A DNA stretch of 64,000 nt from Bacteroidota bacterium (lineage in GTDB: Bacteria; Bacteroidota; Bacteroidia; Palsa-965). Each line of letters starts with the position of its first letter. Within the stretch, counting starts at the first letter, position 1. The stretch covers positions 191,063 to 255,062 of the forward strand of contig VBWE01000001.1 of NCBI GenBank assembly GCA_006218065.1, in the 5' to 3' direction. Of this stretch, positions 18,405 to 27,762 are shown piece after piece. The notes under the pieces were generated by a model. That model searched no databases, was not told the DNA's origin, and saw only the letters and a program-made list of their open reading frames with translations. Position numbers and translations under genes: made by a program.

Positions 18405-21400
18405 TTAATTCTGCGTTTGCAAAGCGCTGATGTATTCCTCCAACGTTTCGCTGATCTTGTCCATACTGAACTGGGCCAGCGGCGTCGGGTTGATGTTATA
18501 GTATTCCGGGTTGTTGTTTTTGCGCAGCGTATAAATATGCTGCTTCCCTTCTTCGAAACGCCCGATCGGGTCGATGGTCATCGTCAGGATCTGGTAATCG
18601 AAATTCTTCGCCAGTTCGTACAGCATGTCGAAGTTTTCGCCCAGGCCGGCCACTTCGTCGATGGTCATGAAGCGGATTCCTTTTTTCACCTTCCTGTTCT
18701 TTCCGCTCAGGCGGTCGCTGTCGATGATCGAGAGTCGCGCGATACAAAGCAGGGCGAGCATGGTGTAGTTCTGCCCGTTCGATCCCGGCGCATCCTCGCC
18801 CCGCGGTGTTTTGAGGCTCATCATCAGGTCGAAATACGATTTCGGGTTCGTCAGTTTTTTCACATCCGGCCGTACGTTCTTACCGTCGCTGTGCTCGAGG
18901 AAGGCTTTCAGGATGATCGCGTCGGCTCCTTCGTTTTCTGTTTCGAACATTTTGAACAGGCCCACGTTCTGCGCTTTCGCACTGATCTGCTTGTTCAGGC
19001 TGCGGATCCAGCTGATCGGGTAACCTTTCGAGGGTTCGAAATTGATTTCCACGTAGTGTCCGCCGGAGATTTTATTCTGCTTGAAGAACTCGCGCATATC
19101 TTCCACGCGGTCGCGGTATTCGCTGTACACTTCTTCGATGCGCGAGAAAATACCCGAGATGATCTTCAGCTTGTGGTCGTTGATCTCGTTCATCTTCTGG
19201 TTGATGATGCGCAGGTGTTCTTCCACATCGCTGGCCAGGTCGCTTTCCACGTTGTCCGGGTTCTTGATGATTTTCGGAAGCATGCACTCGGCGAGCGTGA
19301 GGAAATCGTACAGGTGATTGTACTTGAGTCTTTCCTCGTCCACCAGGTTGAAATTCGGATCACGCATGATCTGGTCGAAATTCGACTCGTAGGTTTTCTG
19401 CGTGGTGATCACGGAAACTTTGGCTTTGTTCACCACGCTTTCCTCGATCTGTTCCGTGATATCCGCCGGGTTGAACTCGCCTACTTTTTCCGTGTACTGT
19501 TTATGCGATTCGCGGTAGCGCGCTTCGAGCATCGGCGCCTGTTCCATCAGGCCCACCAGGCGTGCATCGAGCCCGCCCTGCTTGCGCGAGATTTCCTGCA
19601 GGCGCTGCGTAAAGCCGTTCCAGAGCATCTTGCTGCTGCTGCCGTGTTCTTTTTCTATCGCCTTGATTTCGCTGTTCACTTTCACCTGGAACTGCTCACC
19701 TTCCGAAGGACGCATGTAATTGGCTACGTCTTTCAGCCAGTCGGCAAAACGTTCGTCGAGCGACTTGCGCTCCTGCTGGAAATTTTTCAGTTCGCGTTCT
19801 CTTTCTGGAAGGTCGGCGGTGTTGATCTGCTTGATCAGGCTTTCGATCGCCTGTTCGTTGCCCTGCGAGTTGGTGATGATGTCGTCGGCCTCTTTCAGTT
19901 TCTGCAAAGCGTCTTCCCACGACTTTTTCGCTTCCTCGTACTGCAGGCGCAGGTTGTTCTGCGGATTCACATAAAGATCGATCGTATTTTCGAATTCTTC
20001 TTTTGTGAACAGCAGCGTTTCATCCGGGTTGAATGACGCGTATTCCTTGCGGTGCATCCACACGTCGGCCACCTGCTGGTTGTAACCGAATTCGTACAGC
20101 AGGTCGCGGAGATGACGAACGTTGTTCCGTTCCGCCGTGAGTTTTTCCAGTTCCTTTTCGATCGTGTCCCCGTATTTTTTCAATTCGGATTCGATCGTTT
20201 TCGGGTTATTGAATATCTGTTTGGGCACCAGCGAAACGAATTCGCGCACGCCGCCCATATCGATCCAGATTCCTTTGTCTTCTTTTTCCGCGACTTTGAT
20301 GTTGAAGATTTCTTCCGGCTTCGGGATGTACCGGGCAAACTCGCGGTAATCTTCCGGCTTGCTCGTGGTCAGTCCCTTGAAATGCATCAGGATCGATTCC
20401 TCTTCGCGCGTCAGTTTTCCCGCGTTGCTGATCGCCCACTGCACAACCGAATCCGTGCTTTCGCTGTCGAAAAGTGGCAGGATCTGTTCGAGGCGAAGAA
20501 TATCCGTATCGAGTTGGTCCGTCAGCCCGTCATACTCGGCCTGCGCCAGCCGGTAATCCTGCGACCAGGTTGAATTCATGAACTCGTCGTAAATCGCTTT
20601 ATCGACCAGGTACTGTTCGAGTTCTTCGAATTTCTGTTTATCGCGGGCGGTTTTTTCCTGGCTGTAAAACTGGGCGCGGATGCCGTCCACTGTTTTGTAG
20701 GTGCGCAGCCAGCTTTCCACCACTTTCACTTTCGTCCATTTCGCGCTGGCTTCGTCGTAATCGGCCTGCGAGATCTGGCAGCCTTTTTCGTACGAGGCGC
20801 GATTCTTCTCGGCGAATTCGCGTTGTTTCTTTTTGTTCTCGAGATCGCGTTCGAGGCGTTCGTGTTCGCCGGTGATTTCATCCAGCTCGCGTTCGATCGA
20901 TTCGATGTTCAATTCGTTCACGCGTTTCTCGAACATGATCTGCTGCAGGTTCACATACGCTACTTCTTTCTGCGTGCGGACCAGGTCGCGGCTTACCACG
21001 TCCTTATGCTGGAACGCGTAGCCCGTTTCGAGGAACAACGAACGCTGCAAAGCCTTGTCTCTTTTCTTCTTGTCTTCGAGCAGGGCCAGCAGGCGATCCT
21101 TCTTCAGTTTGACGAGTTCGTACACGCGCGCGCGGCGCTTGTATTCTTCGTGCGCATCTTCGATTTCCTTTTTGCGCTTTTCGTATTCCTTGTTCTGATC
21201 GTCGTCGTTGGCGAAAAGGAAATTTTTCAGGTCATCGCTTTTCGAACCGATGCCTTTGCCGCGTGAAAACGACTGGAGGATCTGCGAAAAGGTTTTGAGT
21301 TTCTTTTCGTCCTGGCTCAGGTCGATACCGAGAATCTCGTTCCCGTAAAGCAGCCGGTGAAATTCGGCCGTACGGTTGTAAAAATGTTTCAGCTGGTAGC

Positions 21401-21890
21401 CGCGTTTCTCCACCACTTCCTTCATCTGGTCGATCGGCAGGATCTGTTTGTTGTACAGGAAATCCCGGTACAGCAGGAAACCGTCCATCGGTTCAAGACA
21501 GAGATCGGTGTCCGGGTTGAAATCGCCGCCCTTCTGGATGATGAACGGGTAAACGGCGCGGCTGTTCGTCTGGATATGAATGCCGACCAGGATGAATTTG
21601 CCTTTGTCCACTTCCACGTTCGCGAACGTATAGCCGAGCCCGGCCACCGCATCGTGCTTGAGCACCATGCCTTCGATGGTTCGTTTTTCGCTCGTCATAA
21701 CTTCGGTTGACGATTCCCAGTATTCTTTCTTCGCCACGAAGATGAGCTGGAGCAGGTCGGCGATGACCGATTTCCCCGATCCGGAACCGCCTGTGAAGTC
21801 GGTACGCAGCGGGTGCAGCAGGTAGTCGCAGTTGTTGTGGTAGATGATGCCTACCGTGGAAAGGGAGAAGATGCGCGGATATTGTTTCAT
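18405..21890 (-). CDS. SMC-like ATPase of MukB/MksB/JetC type (condensin / Wadjet large subunit)
   Basis: 1161 aa. The N-terminal Walker A, FSLSTVGIIYHNNCDYLLHPLRTDFTGGSGSGKSVIADLLQLIF, follows the MukB N-terminus pattern (FRSLTLINWNGFF...TTLSGGNGAGKSTTMAAF). Long coiled-coil middle section. C-terminal Walker B FMTIDEVAGL and a signature-like SNGQN. Confidence 0.7.
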   Translation of the reverse strand: MKQYPRIFSLSTVGIIYHNNCDYLLHPLRTDFTGGSGSGKSVIADLLQLIFVAKKEYWESSTEVMTSEKRTIEGMVLKHDAVAGLGYTFANVEVDKGKFILVGIHIQTNSRAVYPFIIQKGGDFNPDTDLCLEPMDGFLLYRDFLYNKQILPIDQMKEVVEKRGYQLKHFYNRTAEFHRLLYGNEILGIDLSQDEKKLKTFSQILQSFSRGKGIGSKSDDLKNFLFANDDDQNKEYEKRKKEIEDAHEEYKRRARVYELVKLKKDRLLALLEDKKKRDKALQRSLFLETGYAFQHKDVVSRDLVRTQKEVAYVNLQQIMFEKRVNELNIESIERELDEITGEHERLERDLENKKKQREFAEKNRASYEKGCQISQADYDEASAKWTKVKVVESWLRTYKTVDGIRAQFYSQEKTARDKQKFEELEQYLVDKAIYDEFMNSTWSQDYRLAQAEYDGLTDQLDTDILRLEQILPLFDSESTDSVVQWAISNAGKLTREEESILMHFKGLTTSKPEDYREFARYIPKPEEIFNIKVAEKEDKGIWIDMGGVREFVSLVPKQIFNNPKTIESELKKYGDTIEKELEKLTAERNNVRHLRDLLYEFGYNQQVADVWMHRKEYASFNPDETLLFTKEEFENTIDLYVNPQNNLRLQYEEAKKSWEDALQKLKEADDIITNSQGNEQAIESLIKQINTADLPERERELKNFQQERKSLDERFADWLKDVANYMRPSEGEQFQVKVNSEIKAIEKEHGSSSKMLWNGFTQRLQEISRKQGGLDARLVGLMEQAPMLEARYRESHKQYTEKVGEFNPADITEQIEESVVNKAKVSVITTQKTYESNFDQIMRDPNFNLVDEERLKYNHLYDFLTLAECMLPKIIKNPDNVESDLASDVEEHLRIINQKMNEINDHKLKIISGIFSRIEEVYSEYRDRVEDMREFFKQNKISGGHYVEINFEPSKGYPISWIRSLNKQISAKAQNVGLFKMFETENEGADAIILKAFLEHSDGKNVRPDVKKLTNPKSYFDLMMSLKTPRGEDAPGSNGQNYTMLALLCIARLSIIDSDRLSGKNRKVKKGIRFMTIDEVAGLGENFDMLYELAKNFDYQILTMTIDPIGRFEEGKQHIYTLRKNNNPEYYNINPTPLAQFSMDKISETLEEYISALQTQN

Positions 21891-22034
21891 CGTAGTGTAC
21901 TTCGTAAGTATGTGTTACTTCGGGCGATGCAGTGCATCGCCCTTACTTTTTGGTTCATCCTGTGAGGTGGATCACCCTTATTCTGGTTCCAGAGTAGGGG
22001 CGATCTGCCTCCGGCGGATCGCCCTATGTACTCC

Positions 22035-22724
22035 TTAGTCTTCTTCTATCGTAGTCAGGCCGCCGGTGCGTTCTTCCATCATGTTGCTTTCGTCGATCAG
22101 GCGGTCGATGTGGTGGATTTCGTACGAGTACATGGTGAACAGGCGCTCGATGGAGGGCATGATTTCGAACAGTTCCTTGTTGCGGTGATCGAAGTGAATC
22201 CAGCCGAGGCGTTCGAATTCCTTCAGCGAGTTGCGGATCCATTCATCGATTGTGTTTTCATCGATCTCCGTCGCTTCTTTCTCGCGGCGTTTGGCGAAGA
22301 GGTTGTAGATATAGCTCTTGTACTCTTCGTTGCTCTTCACCAGCTGGATAAGATCCGGCACGTAGATGTCGTTAATGAAGTATTTATCGATGCGGTGTAT
22401 CTTCAGCAGCAGGATGCCCATGAGCGTATGTTCGGGCGACAGTTTTTTGGACCGCGTTTTCACGATACCGCGGCTCTCGTCGTCCAGCTCGAGGTAGAAG
22501 TACCGCGTATAGTCCGTGCCTTTGGTTACCAGCGCGACCTTGAACAGGTTTTTGTAATACATCCGCAGCTCGTCTTCGAACTTCTCGAGGAAATTGAACA
22601 GGTCGGTCTGGTGCGGAAAGTTCTGGACATGCTGCCCGCTTTTCAGCAGGAAGTCGAGCTCCGCAAAAAGATTTTCAGCTTCGTCCGTTTCTAGGAAGCT
22701 GTATTTTTTATTTGCATTTTCCAT
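22035..22724 (-). CDS. MksE/JetB-like (MukE-family kleisin-associated) subunit candidate
   Basis: 229 aa, acidic and helical. Sits between the F-like and B-like genes in the canonical F-E-B order. Start overlaps the upstream gene by 34 nt. Confidence 0.45.
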   Translation of the reverse strand: MENANKKYSFLETDEAENLFAELDFLLKSGQHVQNFPHQTDLFNFLEKFEDELRMYYKNLFKVALVTKGTDYTRYFYLELDDESRGIVKTRSKKLSPEHTLMGILLLKIHRIDKYFINDIYVPDLIQLVKSNEEYKSYIYNLFAKRREKEATEIDENTIDEWIRNSLKEFERLGWIHFDHRNKELFEIMPSIERLFTMYSYEIHHIDRLIDESNMMEERTGGLTTIEED

Positions 22725-24088
22725 ATACCTACGTTCGGTTGTTTGGGATCGAGTTGAAATTCTTCTTTGACGGTTACTTCAAACCCGGGTTTGGATGAAA
22801 ATTCTTTGAGTACCTGCGTGGCTTCCTTGATCGCGGTTTCGAGATCGTTTTCCTTGTGCAGGATTTTGTAGAAGTATGATCCGAAATCTACTTTTTTCTT
22901 TTTCTCCAGGTCGTCTGAAATGACTTTGAACCAATGGTCGATGCGCTTTTCGCGTTCGAGCTGCGCGCGACGGTCATCCGCCTGGCGTTTCAGATCCGCT
23001 TCGTCCCAGATCATGTCGCGGACTTCCACTGCCGGCGGCTCGAGCAGGGCCAGGTAGTCCACCATAGTCAGGCGCGAACGGTCGCTGTACACATCTTTCT
23101 GCGTGATGTTGTCCGGCAGGAAAACGTCCAGCTCATGCACTTTACGGTCTTTCAGTTTCTTGGTGCGGTAGAATTTACTCTTGCTGTTTTTCAGCAGGTA
23201 GATCAGGAAGGACTCGATCTTGCGGTCGAATTCGCGTTTCTCGAAATCGTTGTACAGCTTGTTGATCTTCGGCTTGATGCGGTCGATCGTATGGCTGACG
23301 TTGATCAGGCGCTGCTCGATGTCCTTGAAGAAATTCCGCACATCGCGTTTCATCTCGCGGTATTCGAACTGTTCGGTCAGCGCAGCATCGTCGAGCAGTT
23401 GCTTGATATCGTCCTTGGAAGAAAACGCGCTCGAAAGTTTGTCGGCCTGCTCTTTGATCTTGTCCAGCAGCGCTTCGCAGCCGATCAGCAGTTCGCGGAA
23501 ATTATCCGATTCGTTCTTCACCAGGTCGTTCAGCTGCTCGATGGTATCCTCGATCTGCGAATGCAGTGCGCGGAGCTGGCTGCTGATATCATTTTTGTTC
23601 TTGAAGAACTGCGTATGGTACCAGTGGCGGAAATCGTCGATGGTCTCGAGTTTGTGCCCGAGCAGGAGGACCAGGTCGTTGAAGGTTTTCTGGATCTGCG
23701 AGGGATTGATCGCAGTGTGAACTTCTTTCTCGAGCAGGTCGCAGAAATTTTCGGCATAGGTACTCAGCTGGTACGACTTTTCCTCGATGTTCTTGTCGAG
23801 GAAGTGGCGCAGCAGGCGGTGCAGCGTTTCATCGTACTTCTGGCTTTCCTCCCCGCGGCCCGAAACCTGGCCCAGTTCGGCGAAAACCTGCTTGATCGTT
23901 TCCACGATGATACGCTCGGGAAATGCCCGGGGAATAGTGCCGGCGCGGACTTTCTGGAAAAGCGTAAGGACGATGAGTCCGTCTTCCTGCCTGGGAACCA
24001 GCAGGTTGTATCGTTCGCGCAGCAGCCTTGGAAAGTGGAGCGGGCGTCCGCCCCGCACGGCCGGCGGAATCAGTGAAAGTTGTTCCAT
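22691..24088 (-). CDS. MksF/JetA-like (MukF-family kleisin) subunit candidate
   Basis: 465 aa, largely helical. First gene of the three-gene operon ending in the MukB-like ATPase. Assignment is by size, order and context. Confidence 0.45.
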   Translation of the reverse strand: MEQLSLIPPAVRGGRPLHFPRLLRERYNLLVPRQEDGLIVLTLFQKVRAGTIPRAFPERIIVETIKQVFAELGQVSGRGEESQKYDETLHRLLRHFLDKNIEEKSYQLSTYAENFCDLLEKEVHTAINPSQIQKTFNDLVLLLGHKLETIDDFRHWYHTQFFKNKNDISSQLRALHSQIEDTIEQLNDLVKNESDNFRELLIGCEALLDKIKEQADKLSSAFSSKDDIKQLLDDAALTEQFEYREMKRDVRNFFKDIEQRLINVSHTIDRIKPKINKLYNDFEKREFDRKIESFLIYLLKNSKSKFYRTKKLKDRKVHELDVFLPDNITQKDVYSDRSRLTMVDYLALLEPPAVEVRDMIWDEADLKRQADDRRAQLEREKRIDHWFKVISDDLEKKKKVDFGSYFYKILHKENDLETAIKEATQVLKEFSSKPGFEVTVKEEFQLDPKQPNVGIWKMQIKNTAS

Positions 24089-24248
24089 AGATGTACAAAT
24101 TTATTCGCTGGAACCCTTGTATTTAGCGGTGTTGATAGATTGTTAATAGTATTCCGCCGAACGCATTTTGGTGTGGATAACTCGCAGTTTTGTTGAAATC
24201 TTTAGGGTGCGGAAACTTGTGCGGGTGCAGGAGTTTTTTATGCTGAAA

Positions 24249-24306
24249 AAGCAAACGCGGGAACAGGAAGTTTTCAATGAAAATTTCCTGCTCCCGCGTT
24301 TTTCCC
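24249..24306 (-). terminator. Hairpin terminator (bidirectional-looking) downstream of the OMP gene and upstream of the Mks-like operon
   Basis: gcaaacgcgggaacaggaa...ttcctgctcccgcgttttt. A 13-bp stem with one mismatch, flanked by A/T runs. Confidence 0.5.
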
Positions 24307-24319
24307 GGGTCGCTGTTTT

Positions 24320-25192
24320 TTAAAACACCACGCCCAGTTTCAGCGACCGGCTGGCCATCCCGTCACCGAACATGAGTTCGCACCCGGCATTCACGAAACG
24401 CCAGCGAAAGTCGATGCCGGCCAATCCCCTGGCTGCCAGGCTGTTTTCCGCTGCAAGGCTGACTTCGTCCGTTACTTCACGGCCATGGTTCCAGTTCAGT
24501 CCGAAGCCGGCATAGGGTGTAAAATACCGGAACAGTTTTTTGCCCGCCGTTACATCCGCGCCGGCGGAAAAAATATTAAAATCCCGGATGTTCGCATCCT
24601 TCACAAAACTTCCGCGCGCCGCCGCCGACCAGCCGCGAACAGTATCATGCAAAAAAGCATACCGGGTCTCCAGTCCCAAAAATCCATAGTTGGCGCCGAA
24701 GGGTTTTGCGGTTGTATAATAAATCCCGGCATCCCAGTTTTCCGTAAGCCCCATCCTGAAACGCAGCGCGGGAACCGAAAGCCGTCCGTTTTCGCCAGCG
24801 AGATAATGCACCGAATCCGGGTGATGAAACGTATTGTTCCAGGCGCCGCTTTCCTGATCAACCCGGGCGGAATTGCGCTCCAGCTGCAGGGACCAGTTCC
24901 CGCGGCCCAGCGGAGCGGGCGAAGCAAGCGGATCGAGGTAAAGAATATTTCCCGCTTCCTTTACCGCTCTTGCCCATTCGGATTGAGACAGGTTCGGGGC
25001 GATATCGAAATCACACACGCCCAGTTCGGGATTAACATGCAGGGAAACTTGGGAGGAGCCGTCGTGGCTGTGCTGTGCTTTCGCCGCGGGCAGGAAGCCG
25101 GCCAGGCAGAACGCTAAAACGAAAATTTTGCCGGCAGGACGGGCGAAAGTCCGGATCGTGTCCGTTAATGCAAGGGAGTAAATCAGTGTCAT
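24320..25192 (-). CDS. Outer-membrane beta-barrel hypothetical protein
   Basis: Signal peptide. Alternating amphipathic strands and a C-terminal aromatic residue (…LKLGVVF). Confidence 0.5.
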   Translation of the reverse strand: MTLIYSLALTDTIRTFARPAGKIFVLAFCLAGFLPAAKAQHSHDGSSQVSLHVNPELGVCDFDIAPNLSQSEWARAVKEAGNILYLDPLASPAPLGRGNWSLQLERNSARVDQESGAWNNTFHHPDSVHYLAGENGRLSVPALRFRMGLTENWDAGIYYTTAKPFGANYGFLGLETRYAFLHDTVRGWSAAARGSFVKDANIRDFNIFSAGADVTAGKKLFRYFTPYAGFGLNWNHGREVTDEVSLAAENSLAARGLAGIDFRWRFVNAGCELMFGDGMASRSLKLGVVF

Positions 25193-25289
25193 GGTATTTC
25201 AGTTTGTTTATCCCGTGACAACTGAAATAACACTGACCCCTATGCTTTGGAAAAAGATGATGGTTCGCCGGCAGGTGGCGCGGAAGTAA

Positions 25290-25709
25290 TTACAGTCCCG
25301 GTTTATTTCCCGGCAAAAACTGCTTCAGCCAGGCTTTGGCCTTTTCCTCGCTTGTAAAAATGCGCGTGGGCCGCGTGGGCTTGTGGAAATTGATGAAGAA
25401 ATTGGCGAGCAGGCGCGTAGAAGTATTTTCAACCAGGATGGCCACCGCTTCGTGCAGCCGTTCGGATTCACGCCCGGCGAGATAATGCCGCGCTTCGTTG
25501 CTCATGGATTTCAGCTTGCGGATATCGGCAAGGACTACGTACTTCTCCCCGACAAAAGTCTGCGCCCCGGTTTTGATGATATCGACCGCATCTTCTTCTT
25601 CCACTTCGGCGTCTTCGAAAAAGACGAGATAGCAATAGTCGTACTCATCTGACCAGAGTTCGGCCAGTCGGGTTGTACGGTAGTTTATTTTCTCTGTGAT
25701 TAGGGTCAT
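25290..25709 (-). CDS. Hypothetical cytoplasmic protein (about 139 aa)
   Basis: ATG at 25707-25709 (MTLITEK). The longer ORF-track version has a hydrophobic, low-complexity N-terminus. Confidence 0.4.
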   Translation of the reverse strand: MTLITEKINYRTTRLAELWSDEYDYCYLVFFEDAEVEEEDAVDIIKTGAQTFVGEKYVVLADIRKLKSMSNEARHYLAGRESERLHEAVAILVENTSTRLLANFFINFHKPTRPTRIFTSEEKAKAWLKQFLPGNKPGL

Positions 25710-25857
25710 GATGATGGATTCGCCAAGACGAACATAGCGATAAAAAATAAGAATTCCAAGACGAAGACTTAGTTTCCTTCGACTAACCGTCAACCCTGCA
25801 AAGTTTAAGAAATTGTTTCGGCTGTGTTTCCAAATCGGTTTAGGAAATGGCGGTTGC

Positions 25858-25992
25858 ACGCCTCACCTCTTTCCTCCCCAAAGGGGAGGATGCTGGAATA
25901 TTTTAAGTGACGTTTCTTTCGTTGGAACGAAAGAAACGTCACTTCCCCGGTAATACCATCCTCTCCGAAGGAGAGGAAAGAGGTGAGGCGAT
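25858..25992. repeat. 135-bp nested palindromic element (structured MITE-like element or ncRNA candidate)
   Basis: Outer 18-bp inverted repeat cgcctcacctctttcctc / gaggaaagaggtgaggcg. Inner hairpins tcctcccc-aaa-ggggagga and tcctctcc-gaa-ggagagga. Central perfect palindrome gtgacgtttctttcgttggaacgaaagaaacgtcac. Confidence 0.6.
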
Positions 25993-26019
25993 CCATTCGG
26001 AAATCCTTTTCTTTGTTCC

Positions 26020-26481
26020 GTGCGTTTTACGATCAAAACATTTATCCCGGGAAAATCGCCGCAGGAAGTTTTCGCTCATTTCGGCGAACCGCTTTTTCGT
26101 GTGCTTTCTCCCGGCTTTCCGCGCATCACGATTATCCGTTTCGACGGCTGCCGGCTGAACGACGAGACACATATTGACATGCAGTTTTTCGGAAAACGGC
26201 GCTGGGTTTCGGTGAATACGGCTTTCTCGGAAAAGGAACAGGAGATTTATTTTATCGACGAAGGGAAAACGCTGCCGCTGGGACTGAAACGCTGGAAACA
26301 CTGTCACCGCGTGGTGGCCGCGCCGGGCGGAAGCATCATCCGCGACGAAGTGGAATTCGATTACGGGAATTTTGTGCTGAATGTTTTCTGGAAAATACCG
26401 CTCTGGATTCCTTTCGCCATGCGCCCGGTGAAGTACCGGCGTTTTTTCGAACAGCTTACCGCAGGCAATACACTCCGATAA
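26020..26481 (+). CDS. Hypothetical protein, possibly SRPBCC/START-like
   Basis: 153 aa. No strong motif; the fold guess is speculative. Confidence 0.3.
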   Translation: MRFTIKTFIPGKSPQEVFAHFGEPLFRVLSPGFPRITIIRFDGCRLNDETHIDMQFFGKRRWVSVNTAFSEKEQEIYFIDEGKTLPLGLKRWKHCHRVVAAPGGSIIRDEVEFDYGNFVLNVFWKIPLWIPFAMRPVKYRRFFEQLTAGNTLR

Positions 26482-26512
26482 ACGCAGCGGTCGCCGGCAA
26501 AGCGGCCGATAT

Positions 26513-26872
26513 TCACTTTTTCATTTTCGTCGTCTTCTTCTTTTTCGCCGGGTTTGTTTTTACAAAATCAACGGCGAAAGCGATCCAGTCGCAGAGCGCT
26601 TTTTCCGACGGAAAGGCTTTTTGATTTACATACAGGAATCCTTTCATCGGCTTGCCGGTAAAATCCATCGGGCGGACGTTCGGCTTTTTCAGCAGCAGTT
26701 CGTATTGTTCATGCGAAACACGCAGCATGAGGTCTTCTTTTACAATGCCGCAGCACATTTTATCCTGTATCATGTAGCAGATTCCACCGAACATTTTTTT
26801 CTCTTCGGTTTTCACCCGCATGGTTTTGAATGCGCTACTGATGCGTTTGGCAAGAAGTTCGTCGTAGGCCAT
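26513..26872 (-). CDS. TfoX/Sxy N-terminal-domain family protein
   Basis: About 119 aa with a TfoX_N-like core (KKMFGGICYMIQDKMCCGIVKEDLMLRV) and a K-rich tail. Confidence 0.55.
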   Translation of the reverse strand: MAYDELLAKRISSAFKTMRVKTEEKKMFGGICYMIQDKMCCGIVKEDLMLRVSHEQYELLLKKPNVRPMDFTGKPMKGFLYVNQKAFPSEKALCDWIAFAVDFVKTNPAKKKKTTKMKK

Positions 26873-27026
26873 ACCGGTTCTGTTTTCCCGGCAAATTAAA
26901 AATAATCCGTTAACCGTTTCAACTTATTAATCCGGCATTTTGCCTGCCCGAATTGTAATTTGGCCGGGGATTTGCAACTCCTTTTCATATTATTCGTTTA
27001 ACCAGGAGAAAGAAAAGGAGGGCCCG

Positions 27027-27218
27027 ATGATTCGTTTCGCCAAAGTATTCTCTACTGTTCTTTTCCTGGTTTTCATCATCATTACGCCGGGATGTTCAAG
27101 GACTGTCGTCGTTAAAACCAACAACAGCGGCAATGTTCCGCCCGGGCAAATGAAAAAGGCAACCGGGGAAAAGAGCGCTAAAAAGTATGCCCCCGGGCAA
27201 CAGAAGAAAAATAAGTGA
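27027..27218 (+). CDS. Small lipoprotein (about 63 aa)
   Basis: Signal peptide with lipobox ITPGC. ATG at 27027. Confidence 0.4.
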   Translation: MIRFAKVFSTVLFLVFIIITPGCSRTVVVKTNNSGNVPPGQMKKATGEKSAKKYAPGQQKKNK

Positions 27219-27295
27219 TTCCTTTGTCACAACTATGCTATGTATGGACGATCCGCCTGAGGTGAATCGCCCATACATAGTTTATTTTTTACCCC

Positions 27296-27685
27296 ATGAC
27301 CTGTACCAATTGCGGAAACCAGAGCCACCCCGGCGCAAGCCATTGCACACGCTGCGGCATGCCCCAGGCACCGGTGCCTTTGCCGGTAACGAAACAAAAT
27401 ACCGGCGACCAATCCGGCGGGCTCGGATTTATGCTGCTGGCCCTGCTTTTTGTTTTTGATGCTCTTGTCTATAAAATTCTCGCATGGGTCGAAATCCGGG
27501 ACTGGGACAACCCGCTGATCACCATATACTCCTGGCTGGTCGCGCTGAGCATGTGGGCCATCATGATCATCTTCACACGAAAAACGGCGTACCGGGTTGT
27601 CGTGATCGTTGTTGCCGCCATCCTGCTCGGCATGCGGCTCTGGAACCAGTTTTCCGCAGTTGATTATACTTATTTCGAATTCTGA
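27296..27685 (+). CDS. Zinc-ribbon membrane protein, paralog 1
   Basis: N-terminal CTNCGN...C(T/N)RCGMP zinc ribbon followed by three TM helices. Paralogous to 27763-28176. Confidence 0.5.
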   Translation: MTCTNCGNQSHPGASHCTRCGMPQAPVPLPVTKQNTGDQSGGLGFMLLALLFVFDALVYKILAWVEIRDWDNPLITIYSWLVALSMWAIMIIFTRKTAYRVVVIVVAAILLGMRLWNQFSAVDYTYFEF

Positions 27686-27762
27686 TCACTGAAAATCTGC
27701 GGGATAAAAGCATATCGAACGATCTGCTCAAGAAACTTTATATTTGAAAAAAGACCGTTCCT

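Noticed and set aside
18417-20036. 539-aa plus-strand ORF, plus other plus-strand ORFs at 20052-21710 and 22026-24076
   Set aside because: They are antisense to the MukB/E/F-like genes, whose own frames carry Walker motifs and coiled-coil periodicity. They show a low-complexity V/F/R/L-rich composition.
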